A stretch of DNA of 64,000 nt, taken from Eledone cirrhosa (Eukaryota). Each line of letters starts with the position of its first letter. The stretch's first letter is position 1. Shown piece after piece: positions 10,936 to 27,900 of the stretch. Made by a program: the position numbers and the translations under genes. Where the stretch lies: assembly GCA_964016885.1 (NCBI GenBank), contig CAXHJY010000931.1, positions 55,600-119,599 on the forward strand, written 5' to 3'. Under the pieces are notes generated by a model, which saw only the letters and a program-made list of their open reading frames with translations, was not told where the DNA came from and did not search any database.

Positions 10936-12757
10936 GTGTGAATGTAGAAACACAGTGTGTATATTTTGTATAGTTCTTTTTAAAATGAATTAAATAGACC
11001 TTAATAAATGAATTCTTTTGAATTTAAAATTTATTTTATTAAAGAACAATAAATAATTATTGGTTTCTTTTGGTGCAACATTGCATTTCGGTTTTGTAAT
11101 GGAAAGAAAAATATAAAGTCGAATTAAATCGATTAAAATATCGCTCGTGTTTTCCTTGGAATTATTTGATCGACCTAAAAGAGATGTGAAGTATTGATAA
11201 CCCTAATATAATTTGAACTGGTACTTTAAATGAATAAAATATAAATATCAATGAAGATACATTTTATTTTTGTCTATTTTACTCTTATCTATGTAAACTA
11301 CTTGATAATTGCTGGATCACTAATTTACTTTTAAGACGGATTAAACAAAAGTATTATATATGGATCAACGTCCACCAATTTTCTATAATTTTAGTGTAAA
11401 AATTTAAAATTTACAGAAAAAAAAGCAGTGAAAATTCAATACAGATCAAATTTAATTTAGAAATAGTTAAAGTTTGGTCCGTAAATTTAAATATTTAAAC
11501 TTTAGTGTGTGTGTAAGAAGGAGGTTGGGGTGAAATATTAAATTCCAAATTTAAAATTTGCGGATTATTTTTAGAATAATTTAAATTATCTCTTTGCTTC
11601 ACACTTGAGGAAATATTTTTATTGTTTCTCATGCTGGACTAGTGTGTGAAGCCAGTTGTTAGTGGTGTGTAAAGTATCTCTAGAGATTTTTAACTTTATC
11701 AAAGTGTATTTGGAGAACAGCCTTTTGTCGGCATGCCTTATGGACCATTAATCTCTTTTAGATCAGGAGAATGACGAAGATATTAGTGAGTGTATGTGTG
11801 TGCGGGTGTGAGTATATGTGGTTTTGTGCATGTGATTGTGTGTTAAAGACAGAGTAAGAGAGATGAGAGAGGGAGAGAATAGTGAAAGAGGACTTGATTA
11901 ATTACAAACATCAATGTTAGTTTGGCAATAGTGCCATCGTATTAGGCACTAGATGTCTGATGACGATATCATGCATGTTTATTAAAAGAGATTAAAAAAA
12001 TGATGCATAAAGAAGAGGAAGAAATAATGCCGGCGACTAAAAATGTTTAATTGCTCACTAGTAAAAAAAAATATATTTGTTTGATGCAAGCCTTGATTTA
12101 AAAAACTAGAGGAGAAAAACAAACAAACATGTCATTGTAAATATGGATATTTTCTTAATATTAACATATTAGGAAGAGAAAGGGTTAACTAAAAACGGTT
12201 GTTTTGTATTTCTGACGAGGCACAATGTTTGGTTTTTATTTGGTTTTTATTTGAGTTGATGTAACTCTAAAATATGCCCTGATTTGAGCAAAACTATGAT
12301 GGGACCTTCATATCTTTTTTTCTTTTTTTTATCAAGAATAGTTTATTTAGGACTACATTATGGGATATGATCTCTGAGGGATTTGACTGTTATTTCTAGT
12401 AGGTCGAATTAACAGCACGTAATGGCTTCCTCATTGGTTCGTGGTGACGAGTATTTTTTATATGCCTATTATCTGCTCCATTGCCATCGAGCAATGCAGG
12501 CTTGGGGGAGAGTGAATGTTCCTCTAAAGAATGGTGAAAACTAAAATTATTGATCGAACACCAGACTTCCTCCACTCTCTCAACACCTCACCAGACTTCT
12601 TCCACTCCCCCTCAACACCCCACACAACCTAGGATATTTTGCGTTGGTTTTATTAATTTTTGTTTTAGTTTTGTGTGTTTTCCGTGGGTAGTGTGATTAT
12701 AAAGAATTTGTTGTTTCATGAAAAGGTTTTCACTATAGAAATGGTAGCAGTAATAGT

Positions 12758-12925
12758 ACTGGACGTATCACTGAACTATATATCACTATAGTATTGGACG
12801 TATCACTGTATTATCCCTTACTATAGTATTGACGTTGGACGTATCACTCTACTATATATCACTATAGTATTGACGTATCACTGTATTATCCAGCACTATA
12901 GTATCATTGTACTTTATATCACCAC
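12758..12925. repeat. short ~35-bp tandem repeat with a dimeric ~75-bp period
   Basis: GACGTATCACT...ACTATAGTATT repeated 4 times, alternating two variants. Confidence 0.85.
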
Positions 12926-12979
12926 TTTTGATAAAACTGTAGCGTTTCCCCTTTTCGAAGATATCCTATGAGCTAGGAC

Positions 12980-15900
12980 ATTGTACCTGCTATACTATAT
13001 AATGTACTTGCTATACCATATAATGTACTTGCTATACTATATAATGTACTTGCTATACCATATAATGTACTTGCTAAACTATATAATGTACTTGCTATAC
13101 TATATAATGTACTTGCTATACTATATAATATACTTGCTATACTATATAATGTACTTGCTATACTATATAATATACTTGCTATACTATATAATGTACTTGC
13201 TATACTATATAATGTACTTGCTATACCATATAATGTACTTGCTACACTATATAATGTACTTGCTATACCATATAATGTAATTGCTATACTATATAATGTA
13301 CTTGCTATACCATATAATGCACTTGCTATACTATATAATGTACTTGCTATACTATATAATGCACTTGCTATACTATATAATGTACTTGCTATACTATATA
13401 ATGTACTTGCTATACTATATAATATACTTGCTATACTATATAATGTACTTGCTATACTGTATAATGTACTTGCTATACCATATAATGTACTTGCTATACT
13501 ATATAATATACGTGCTATACAATATAATGTACTTGCTATACCATATAATGCACTTGCTATACTATATAATGTACTTGCTATACTATATAATGCACTTGCT
13601 ACACTATATAATGCACTTGCTATACTGTATAATATACTTGCTATACTATATAATGTACTTGCTATACTATATAATGTACTTGCTATACTATATAATGTAC
13701 TTGCTATACTATATAATGTACTTGCTATACTATATAATATACTTGCTATACTATATAATGTACTTGCTATACTATATAATGGACTTGCTATACTATATAA
13801 TGTACTTGCTATACTATATAATGTACTTGCTATACTGTATAATGTACTTGCTATACTATATAATGCACTTGCTATACTATATAATGCACTTGCTATACTA
13901 TATAATATACTTGCTATACTATATAATGCACTTGCTATACTATATAATGCACTTTCTATACTATATAATGCACTTTCTATACTATATAATATACGTGCTA
14001 TACTATATAATGTACTTGCTATACTGTATAATGCACTTGCTATACTGTATAATATACTTGCTATACTATATAATGTACTTGCTATACTATATAATGTACT
14101 TGCTATACTGTATAATGTACTTGCTATACTGTATAATGTACTTGCTATACTATATAATGTAATTGCTATACTGTATAATGTACTTGCTATACTATATAAT
14201 ATACTTGCTATACTATATAATGTACTTGCTATACTATATAATGTACTTGCTACACTATATAATGTACTTGCTATACTGTATAATATACTTGCTATACTAT
14301 ATAATGTACTTGCTATACTATATAATGTACTTGCTACACTATATAATGTAATTGCTATACTATATAATGTACTTGCTATACTATATAATGTACTTGCTAT
14401 ACTGTATAATGTACTTGCTATACTATATAATGTACTTGCTATACTATATAATATACTTGCTACACTATATAATGTACTTGCTATACTGTATAATATACTT
14501 GCTATACTATATAATGTACTTGCTACACTATATAATGTACTTGCTATACTATATAATGTACTTGCTATACTGTATAATGTACTTGCTATACTATATAATG
14601 TACTTGCTATACTATATAATGTACTTGCTACACTATATAATGCACTTGCTATACTGTATAATATACTTGCTATACAATATAATGTACTGGCTATACTATA
14701 TAATGTACTTGCTACACTATATAATGTACTTGCTATACTATATAATGTACTTGCTATACTATATAATGTACTTGCTATACTGTATAATGTACTTGCTATA
14801 CTATATAATGCACTTGCTATACTATATAATGCACTTGCTATACTATATAATGTACTTGCTATACTATATAATGTACTTGCTATACTGTATAATGTACTTG
14901 CTATACTATATAATGTACTTGCTATACTATATAATATACTTGCTATACTATATAATGCACATGCTATACTATAGAATGCACTTGCTATACTGTATAATGC
15001 ACTTGCTATACTGTATAATATACTTGCTATACTATATAATGTACTTGCTATACTATATAATGTACTTGCTATACTGTATAATGTACTTGCTATACTGTAT
15101 AATGTACTTGCTATACTATATAATGTACTTGCTATACTGTATAATGTACTTGCTATACTATATAATATACTTGCTATACTATATAATGTACTTGCTATAC
15201 TATATAATGTACTTGCTACACTATATAATGTACTTGCTATACTGTATAATATACTTGCTATACTATATAATGTACTTGCTATACTATATAATGTACTTGC
15301 TACACTATATAATGTACTTGCTATACTATATAATGTACTTGCTATACTATATAATGTACTTGCTATACTATATAATGTACTTGCTATACTATATAATGTA
15401 CTTGCTATACTGTATAATGTACTTGCTATACTATATAATGTACTTGCTATACTATATAATATACTTGCTACACTATATAATGTACTTGCTATACTGTATA
15501 ATATACTTGCTATACTATATAATGTACTTGCTACACTATATAATATACTTGCTATACTATATAATGTACTTGCTATACTGTATAATGTACTTGCTATACT
15601 ATATAATGTACTTGCTATACTATATAATGTACTTGCTACACTATATAATGCACTTGCTATACTGTATAATATACTTGCTATACAATATAATGTACTGGCT
15701 ATACTATATAATGTACTTGCTACACTATATAATGTACTTGCTATACTATATAATGTACTTGCTATACTATATAATGTACTTGCTATACTGTATAATGTAC
15801 TTGCTATACTATATAATGCACTTGCTATACTATATAATGCACTTGCTATACTATATAATGTACTTGCTATACTATATAACGTACTTGCTATACTGTATAA

Positions 15901-18900
15901 TGTACTTGCTATACTATATAATGTACTTGCTATACTATATAATATACTTGCTATACTATATAATGCACTCGCTATACTATATAATGCACTTGCTATACTG
16001 TATAATGCACTTGCTATACTGTATAATATACTTGCTATACTATATAATGTACTTGCTATACTATATAATGTACTTGCTATACTGTATAATGTACTTGCTA
16101 TACTGTATAATGTACTTGCTATACTATATAATGTACTTGCTATACTGTATAATGTACTTGCTATACTATATAATATACTTGCTATACTATATAATGTACT
16201 TGCTATACTATATAATGTACTTGCTACACTATATAATGTACTTGCTATACTGTATAATATACTTGCTATACTATATAATGTACTTGCTATACTATATAAT
16301 GTACTTGCTACACTATATAATGTACTTGCTATACTATATAATGTACTTGCTATACTATATAATGTACTTGCTATACTATATAATGTACTTGCTATACTAT
16401 ATAATGTACTTGCTATACTGTATAATGTACTTGCTATACTATATAATGTACTTGCTATACTATATAATATACTTGCTACACTATATAATGTACTTGCTAT
16501 ACTGTATAATATACTTGCTATACTATATAATGTACTTGCTACACTATATAATGTACTTGCTATACTATATAATGTACTTGCTATACTATATAATGTACTT
16601 GCTACACTATATAATGCACTTGCTATACTGTATAATATACTTGCTATACAATATAATGTACTGGCTATACTATATAATGTACTTGCTACACTATATAATG
16701 TACTTGCTATACTATATAATGTACTTGCTATAATATATAATGTACTTGCTATACTGTATAATGTACTTGCTATACTATATAATGCACTTGCTATACTATA
16801 TAATGTACTTGCTATACTATATAATATAATTGCTATACTATATAATGTACTTGCTATACTGTATAATGTACTTGCTATACCATATAATGTACTTGCTATA
16901 CTATATAATATACGTGCTATACTATATAATGTACTTGCTATACCATATAATGCACTTGCTATACTATATAATGTACTTGCTATACTATATAATGCACTTG
17001 CTACACTATATAATGCACTTGCTATACTGTATAATATACTTGCTATACTATATAATGTACTTGCTATACTATATAATGTACTTGCTATACTATATAATGT
17101 ACTTGCTATACTATATAATGTACTTGCTATACTATATAATATACTTGCTATACTATATAATGTACTTGCTATACTATATAATGCACTTGCTATACTATAT
17201 AATGTACTTGCTATACTATATAATGTACTTGCTATACTGTATAATGTACTTGCTATACTATATAATGCACTTGCTATACTATATAATGCACTTGCTATAC
17301 TATATAATATACTTGCTATACTATATAATGCACTTGCTATACTATATAATGCACTTTCTATACTATATAATGCACTTTCTATACTATATAATATACGTGC
17401 TATACTATATAATGTACTTGCTATACTATATAATGTACTTTCTACACTATATAACATACTTGCTATACTATAGAATGCACTTGCTATACTATATAATGCA
17501 CTTGCTATACTGTATAATGCACTTGCTATACTGTATAATATACTTGCTATACTATATAATGTACTTGCTATACTATATAATGTACTTGCTATACTGTATA
17601 ATGTACTTGCTACACTGTATAATGTACTTGCTATACTGTATAATGTACTTGCTATACTATATAATGTACTGGCTATACTGTATAATGTACTTGCTATACT
17701 ATATAATATACTTGCCATACTATATAATGTACTTGCTATACTATATAATGTACTTGCTACACTATATAATGTACTTGCTATACTGTATAATATACTTGCT
17801 ATACTATATAATGTACTTGCTATACTATATAATGTACTTGCTACACTATATAATGTACTTGCTATACTATATAATGTACTTGCTATACTATATAATGTAC
17901 TTGCTATACTATATAATGTACTTGCTATACTATATAATGTACTTGCTACACTATATAATGTACTTGCTATACTGTATAATGTACTTGCTATACTATATAA
18001 TGTACTTGCTATACTGTATAATGTACTTGCTATACTATATAATGTACTTGCTATACTATATAATATACTTGCTACACTATATAATGTACTTGCTATACTG
18101 TATAATATACTTGCTATACTATATAATGTACTTGCTACACTATATAATGTACTTGCTATACTATATAATGTACTTGCTATACTGTATAATGTACTTGCTA
18201 TACTATATAATGTACTTGCTATACTATATAATGTACTTGCTACACTATATAATGCACTTGCTATACTGTATAATATACTTGCTATACAATATAATGTACT
18301 GGCTATACTATATAATGTACTTGCTACACTATATAATGTACTTGCTATACTATATAATGTACTTGCTATACTATATAATGTACTTGCTATACTGTATAAT
18401 GTACTTGCTATACTATATAATGCACTTGCTATACTATATAATGCACTTGCTATACTATATAATGTACTTGCTATACTATATAATGTACTTGCTATACTAT
18501 ATAATGCACTTGCTACACTATATAATGCACTTGCTATACTGTATAATATACTTGCTATACTATATAATGTACTTGCTATACTATATAATGTACTTGCTAT
18601 ACTATATAATGTACTTGCTATACTATATAATATACTTGCTATACTATATAATGTACTTGCTATACTATATAATGCACTTGCTATACTATATAATGTACTT
18701 GCTATACTATATAATGTACTTGCTATACTGTATAATGTACTTGCTATACTATATAATGCACTTGCTATACTATATAATATACTTGCTATACCATATAATG
18801 CACTTGCTATACTATATAATGCACTTGCTATACTATATAATGCACTTTCTATACTATGTAATATACTTGCTATACTATATAATGTACTTGCTATACTATA

Positions 18901-21900
18901 TAATGTACTTGCTATACTATATAATGTACTTGCTACACTATATAATATACTTGCTATACTATATAATGCACTTGCTATACTATATAATGCACTTGCTATA
19001 CTATATAATGTACTTGCTATACTGTATAATGTACTTGCTATACTATATAATGCACTTGCTATACTATATAATGCACTTGCTATACTATATAATGTACTTG
19101 CTATACTATATAATTTACTTGCTATACTATATAATGCACTTGCTACACTATATAATGCACTTGCTATACTGTATAATATACTTGCTATACTATATAATGT
19201 ACTTGCTATACTATATAATGTACTTGCTACACTATATAATATACTTGCTATACTATATAATGTACTTGCTATACTATATAATGTACTTGCTTTACTATAT
19301 AATGTACTTGCTATACTATATAATGTACTTGCTATACTATATAATGCACTTGCAATACTGTATAATATACTTGCTATACTATATAATATACTTGCTATAC
19401 TATATAATGCACTTGCTACACTGTATAATGCACTTGCTATACTGTATAATATACTTGCTATACTATATAATGTACTTGCTACCCTATATAATATACTTGC
19501 TATAATATATAATGCACTTGCTATACTATATAATGCACTTGCTATACTGTATAATGCACTTGCTATACTGTATGATATACTTGCTATACTATATAATGTA
19601 CTTGCTATACTATATAGTGTACTTGCTATACTGTATAATGTACTCGCTATACTGTATAATGTACTTGCTATACTATATAATGTACTTGCTATACAGTATA
19701 ATGTACTTGCTATACTATATAATATACTTGCTATACTATATAATGTACTTGCTATACTATATAATGTACTTGCTACACTATATAATGTACTTGCTATACT
19801 GTATAATATACTTGCTATACTATATAATGTACTTGCTATACTATATAATGTACTTGCTACACTATATAATGTACTTGCTATACTATATAATGTACTTGCT
19901 ATACTATATAATGTACTTGCTATACTATATAATGTACTTGCTACACTATATAATGTACTTGCTATACTGTATAATGTACTTGCTATACTATATAATGTAC
20001 TTGCTATACTGTATAATGTACTTGATATACTATATAATGTACTTGCTATACTATATAATATACTTGCTACACTATATAATGTACTTGCTATACTGTATAA
20101 TATACTTGCTATACTATATAATGTACTTGCTACACTATATAATGTACTTGCTATACTATATAATGTACTTGCTATACTATATAATGTACTTGCTATACTG
20201 TATAATGTACTTGCTATACTATATAATGTACTTGCTATACTATATAATGTACTTGCTACACTATATAATGCACTTGCTATACTGTATAATATACTTGCTA
20301 TACTATATAATGTACTTGCTATACTATATAATGTACTTGCTACACTATATAATGTACTTGCTATACTATATAATGTACTTGCTATACTATATAATGTACT
20401 TGCTATACTGTATAATGTACTTGCTATACTATATAATGCACTTGCTATACTATATAATGCACTTGCTATACTATATAATGTACTTGCTATACTATATAAT
20501 GTACTTGCTATACTATATAATGCACTTGCTACACTATATAATGCACTTGCTATACTGTATAATATACTTGCTATACTATATAATGTACTTGCTATACTAT
20601 ATAATGTACTTGCTACACTATATAATATACTTGCTATACTATATAATGTACTTGCTATACTATATAATGTACTTGCTACACTATATAATGTACTTGCTAT
20701 ACTATATAATGTACTTGCTATACTATATAATGCACTTGCTATACTGTATAATATACTTGCTATACTATATAATATACTTGCTATACTATATAATGCACTT
20801 GCTATACTATATAATGCACTTGCTATACTATATAATTCACTTGCTATACTATACAATGCATTTGCTATACTATATAATGCACTTGCTATACTATATAATG
20901 CACTTGCTATACTATATAATGTACTTGCTATAGTGTATAATGTACTTGCTACACTATATAATTTACTTGCTATACTATATAATGTACTTGCTATACTATA
21001 TAATGTACTTGCTATACTGTATAATGTACTTGCTATACTATATAATGCACTTGCTATACTATATAATGCACTTGCTATACTATATAATGTACTTGCTATA
21101 CTATATAATGTACTTGCTACACTATATAATATACTTGCTATACTATATAATGTACTTGCTATACTGTATAATGTACTTGCTATACTATATAATGCACTTG
21201 CTATACTATATAATGCACTTGCTATACTATATAATGCACTTGCTATACTATATAATGCACTTGCTATACTATATAATGTACTGGCTATACTGTATAATGT
21301 ACTTGCTATACTATATAATATACTTGCCATACTATATAATGTACTTGCTATACTATATAATGTACTTGCTACACTATATAATGTACTTGTTATACTGTAT
21401 AATATACTTGCTATACTATATAATGTACTTGCTATACTATATAATGTACTTGCTACACTATATAATGTACTTGTTATACTATATAATGTACTTGCTATAC
21501 TATATAATGTACTTGCTATACTATATAATGTACTTGCTATACTATATAATGTACTTGCTACACTATATAATGTACTTGCTATACTGTATAATGTACTTGC
21601 TATACTATATAATGTACTTGCTATACTGTATAATGTACTTGCTATACTATATAATGTACTTGCTATACTATATAATATACTTGCTACACTATATAATGTA
21701 CTTGCTATACTGTATAATATACTTGCTATACTATATAATGTACTTGCTACACTATATAATGTACTTGCTATACTATATAATGTACTTGCTATACTGTATA
21801 ATGTACTTGCTATACTATATAATGTACTTGCTATACTATATAATGTACTTGCTACACTATATAATGCACTTGCTATACTGTATAATATACTTGCTATACA

Positions 21901-24900
21901 ATATAATGTACTGGCTATACTATATAATGTACTTGCTACACTATATAATGTACTTGCTATACTATATAATGTACTTGCTATACTACATAATGTACTTGCT
22001 ATACTGTATAATGTACTTGCTATACTATATAATGCACTTGCTATACTATATAATGCACTTGCTATACTATATAATGTACTTGCTATACTATATAATGTAC
22101 TTGCTATACTATATAATGCACTTGCTACACTATATAATGCACTTGCTATACTGTATAATATACTTGCTATACTATATAATGTACTTGCTATACTATATAA
22201 TGTACTTGCTATACTATATAATGTACTTGCTATACTATATAATATACTTGCTATACTATATAATGTACTTGCTATACTATATAATGCACTTGCTATACTA
22301 TATAATGTACTTGCTATACTATATAATGTACTTGCTATACTGTATAATGTACTTGCTATACTATATAATGCACTTGCTATACTATATAATATACTTGCTA
22401 TACCATATAATGCACTTGCTATACTATATAATGCACTTGCTATACTATATAATGCACTTTCTATACTATGTAATATACTTGCTATACTATATAATGTACT
22501 TGCTATACTATATAATGTACTTGCTATACTATATAATGTACTTGCTACACTATATAATATACTTGCTATACTATATAATGCACTTGCTATACTATATAAT
22601 GCACTTGCTATACTATATAATGTACTTGCTATACTGTATAATGTACTTGCTATACTATATAATGCACTTGCTATACTATATAATGCACTTGCTATACTAT
22701 ATAATGTACTTGCTATACTATATAATTTACTTGCTATACTATATAATGCACTTGCTACATTATATAATGCACTTGCTATACTGTATAATATACTTGCTAT
22801 ACTATATAATGTACTTGCTATACTATATAATGTACTTGCTACACTATATAATATACTTGCTATACTATATAATGTACTTGCTATACTATATAATGTACTT
22901 GCTTTACTATATAATGTACTTGCTATACTATATAATGTACTTGCTATACTATATAATGCACTTGCAATACTGTATAATATACTTGCTATACTATATAATA
23001 TACTTGCTATACTATATAATGCACTTGCTACACTGTATAATGCACTTGCTATACTGTATAATATACTTGCTATACTATATAATGTACTTGCTACCCTATA
23101 TAATATACTTGCTATAATATATAATGCACTTGCTATACTATATAATGCACTTGCTATACTGTATAATGCACTTGCTATACTGTATGATATACTTGCTATA
23201 CTATATAATGTACTTGCTATACTATATAGTGTACTTGCTATACTGTATAATGTAGTTGCTATACTGTATAATGTACTTGCTATACTATATAATGTACTTG
23301 CTATACAGTATAATGTACTTGCTATACTATATAATATACTTGCTATACTATATAATGTACTTGCTATACTATATAATGTACTTGCTATACTATATAATGT
23401 ACTTGCTATACTGTATAATGTACTTGCTATACTATATAATGTACTTGGTATACTATATAATGTACTTGCTACACTATATAATGCACTTGCTATACTGTAT
23501 AATATACTTGCTATACTATATAATGTACTTGCTATACTATATAATGTACTTGCTACACTATATAATGTACTTGCTATACTATATAATGTACTTGCTATAC
23601 TATATAATGTACTTGCTATACTGTATAATGTACTTGCTATACTATATAATGCACTTGCTATACTATATAATGCACTTGCTACACTATATAATGCACTTGC
23701 TATACTGTATAATATACTTGCTATACTATATAATGTACTTGCTATACTATATAATGTACTTGCTACACTATATAATATACTTGCTATACTATATAATGTA
23801 CTTGCTATACTATATAATGTACTTGCTACACTATATAATGTACTTGCTATACTATATAATGTACTTGCTATACTATATAATGCACTTGCTATACTGTATA
23901 ATATACTTGCTATACTATATAATATACTTGCTATACTATATAATGCACTTGCTATACTATATAATGCACTTGCTATACTATATAATGCACTTGCTATACT
24001 ATACAATGCATTTGCTATACTATATAATGCACTTGCTATACTATATAATGCACTTGCTATACTATATAATGTACTTGCTATACTGTATAATGTACTTGCT
24101 ACACTATATAATTTACTTGCTATACTATATAATGTACTTGCTACACTATATAATTTACTTGCTATACTGTATAATGTACTTGCTATACTATATAATGCAC
24201 TTGCTATACTATATAATGCACTTGCTATACTATATAATGTACTTGCTATACTATATAATGTACTTGCTACACTATATAATATACTTGCTATACTATATAA
24301 TGTACTTGCTATACTGTATAATGTACTTGCTATACTATATAATGCACTTGCTATACTATATAATGCACTTGCTATACTATATAATGCACTTGCTATACTA
24401 TATAATGCACTTGCTATACTATATAATGCACTTGCTATACTATATGATGCCCTTGCTATACTATATAATGCACTTGCTATACTATATAATTCTCTTGCTA
24501 TACTATATATTGCACTTGCTATACTATATAATGTACTTTCTATACTGTATAATGTACTTGCTACACTATATAATATACTTGCTATACTATATAATGTACT
24601 TGCTATACTATATAATGTACTTGCTACACTATATAATGTACTTGCTATACTATATAATGTACTTGCTATACTATATAATGTACTTGCTATACTATATAAT
24701 GTACTTGCTACACTATATGATGTACTTGCTATACTGTATAATGTACTTGCTATACTATATAATGTACTTGCTATACTGTATAATGTACTTGATATACTAT
24801 ATAATGTACTTGCTATACTATATAATATACTTGGTACACTATATAATGTACTTGCTATACTGTATAATATACTTGCTATACTATATAATGTACTTGCTAC

Positions 24901-27900
24901 ACTATATAATGTACTTGCTATACTATATAATGTACTTGCTATACTATATAATGTACTTGCTATACTGTATAATGTACTTGCTATACTATATAATGTACTT
25001 GCTATACTATATAATGTACTTGCTACACTATATAATGCACTTGCTATACTGTATAATATACTTGCTATACTATATAATGTACTTGCTATACTATATAATG
25101 TACTTGCTACACTATATAATGTACTTGCTATACTATATAATGTACTTGCTATACTATATAATGTACTTGCTATACTGTATAATGTACTTGCTATACTATA
25201 TAATGCACTTGCTATACTATATAATGCACTTGCTATACTATATAATGTACTTGCTATACTATATAATGTACTTGCTATACTATATAATGCACTTGCTACA
25301 CTATATAATGCACTTGCTATACTGTATAATATACTTGCTATACTATATAATGTACTTGCTATACTATATAATGTACTTGCTACACTATATAATGTACTTG
25401 CTATACTATATAATGTACTTGCTATACTATATAATGTACTTGCTATACTGTATAATGTACTTGCTATACTATATAATGCACTTGCTATACTATATAATGC
25501 ACTTGCTATACTGTATAATGTACTTGCTATACTATATAATGTACTTGCTATACTATATAATGTACTTGCTACACTATATAATGCACTTGCTATACTGTAT
25601 AATATACTTGCTATACTATATAATGTACTTGCTATACTATATAATGTACTTGCTACACTATATAATGTACTTGCTATACTATATAATGTACTTGCTATAC
25701 TATATAATGTACTTGCTATACTATATAATGTACTTGCTACACTATATAATGTACTTGCTATACTGTATAATATACTTGCTATACTATATAATGTACTTGC
25801 TATACTATATAATGTACTTGCTACACTATATAATGTACTTGCTATACTATATAATGTACTTGCTATAATATATAATGTACTTGCTATGCTATATAATGTA
25901 CTTGCTACACTATATAATGTACTTGCTATACTGTATAATGTACTTGCTATACTATATAATGTACTTGCTATACTGTATAATGTACTTGATATACTATATA
26001 ATGTACTTGCTATACTATATAATATACTTGCTACACTATATAATGTACTTGCTATACTGTATAATATACTTGCTATACTATATAATGTACTTGCTACACT
26101 ATATAATGTACTTGCTATACTATATAATGTACTTGCTATACTATATAATGTACTTGCTATACTGTATAATGTACTTGCTATACTATATAATGTACTTGCT
26201 ATACTATATAATGTACTTGCTACACTATATAATGCACTTGCTATACTGTATAATATACTTGCTATACTATATAATGTACTTGCTATACTATATAATGTAC
26301 TTGCTACACTATATAATGTACTTGCTATACTATATAATGTACTTGCTATACTATATAATGTACTTGCTATACTGTATAATGTACTTGCTATACTATATAA
26401 TGCACTTGCTATACTATATAATGCACTTGCTACACTATATAATGCACTTGCTATACTGTATAATATACTTGCTATACTATATAATGTACTTGCTATACTA
26501 TATAATGTACTTGCTACACTATATAATATACTTGCTATACTATATAATGTACTTGCTATACTATATAATGTACTTGCTACACTATATAATGTACTTGCTA
26601 TACTATATAATGTACTTGCTATACTATATAATGCACTTGCTATACTGTATAATATACTTGCTATACTATATAATATACTTGCTATACTATATAATGCACT
26701 TGCTATACTATATAATGCACTTGCTATACTATATAATGCACTTGCTATACTATATAATGCACTTGCTATACTATATGATGCCCTTGCTATACTATATAAT
26801 GCACTTGCTATACTATATAATTCTCTTGCTATACTATATATTGCACTTGCTATACTATATAATGTACTTTCTATACTGTATAATGTACTTGCTACACTAT
26901 ATAATATACTTGCTATACTATATAATGTACTTGCTATACTATATAATGTACTTGCTACACTATATAATGTACTTGCTATACTATATAATGTACTTGCTAT
27001 ACTATATAATGTACTTGCTATACTATATAATGTACTTGCTACACTATATAATGTACTTGCTATACTGTATAATGTACTTGCTATACTATATAATGTACTT
27101 GCTATACTGTATAATGTACTTGATATACTATATAATGTACTTGCTATACTATATAATATACTTGCTACACTATATAATGTACTTGCTATACTGTATAATA
27201 TACTTGCTATACTATATAATGTACTTGCTACACTATATAATGTACTTGCTATACTATATAATGTACTTGCTATACTATATAATGTACTTGCTATACTGTA
27301 TAATGTACTTGCTATACTATATAATGTACTTGCTATACTATATAATGTACTTGCTACACTATATAATGCACTTGCTATACTGTATAATATACTTGCTATA
27401 CTATATAATGTACTTGCTATACTATATAATGTACTTGCTACACTATATAATGTACTTGCTATACTATATAATGTACTTGCTATACTATATAATGTACTTG
27501 CTATACTGTATAATGTACTTGCTATACTATATAATGCACTTGCTATACTATATAATGCACTTGCTATACTATATAATGTACTTGCTATACTATATAATGT
27601 ACTTGCTATACTATATAATGCACTTGCTACACTATATAATGCACTTGCTATACTGTATAATATACTTGCTATACTATATAATGTACTTGCTATACTATAT
27701 AATGTACTTGCTACACTATATAATATACTTGCTATACTATATAATGTACTTGCTATACTATATAATGTACTTGCTACACTATATAATGTACTTGCTATAC
27801 TATATAATGTACTTGCTATACTATATAATGCACTTGCTATACTGTATAATATACTTGCTATACTATATAATATACTTGCTATACTATATAATGCACTTGC

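Noticed and set aside
11762-11785. 24-nt micro-exon (TTTTAG|ATCAGGAG...TATTA|GTGAGT)
   Set aside because: Splice-like signals only. The donor merges into a (TG)n tract and there is no supporting context.
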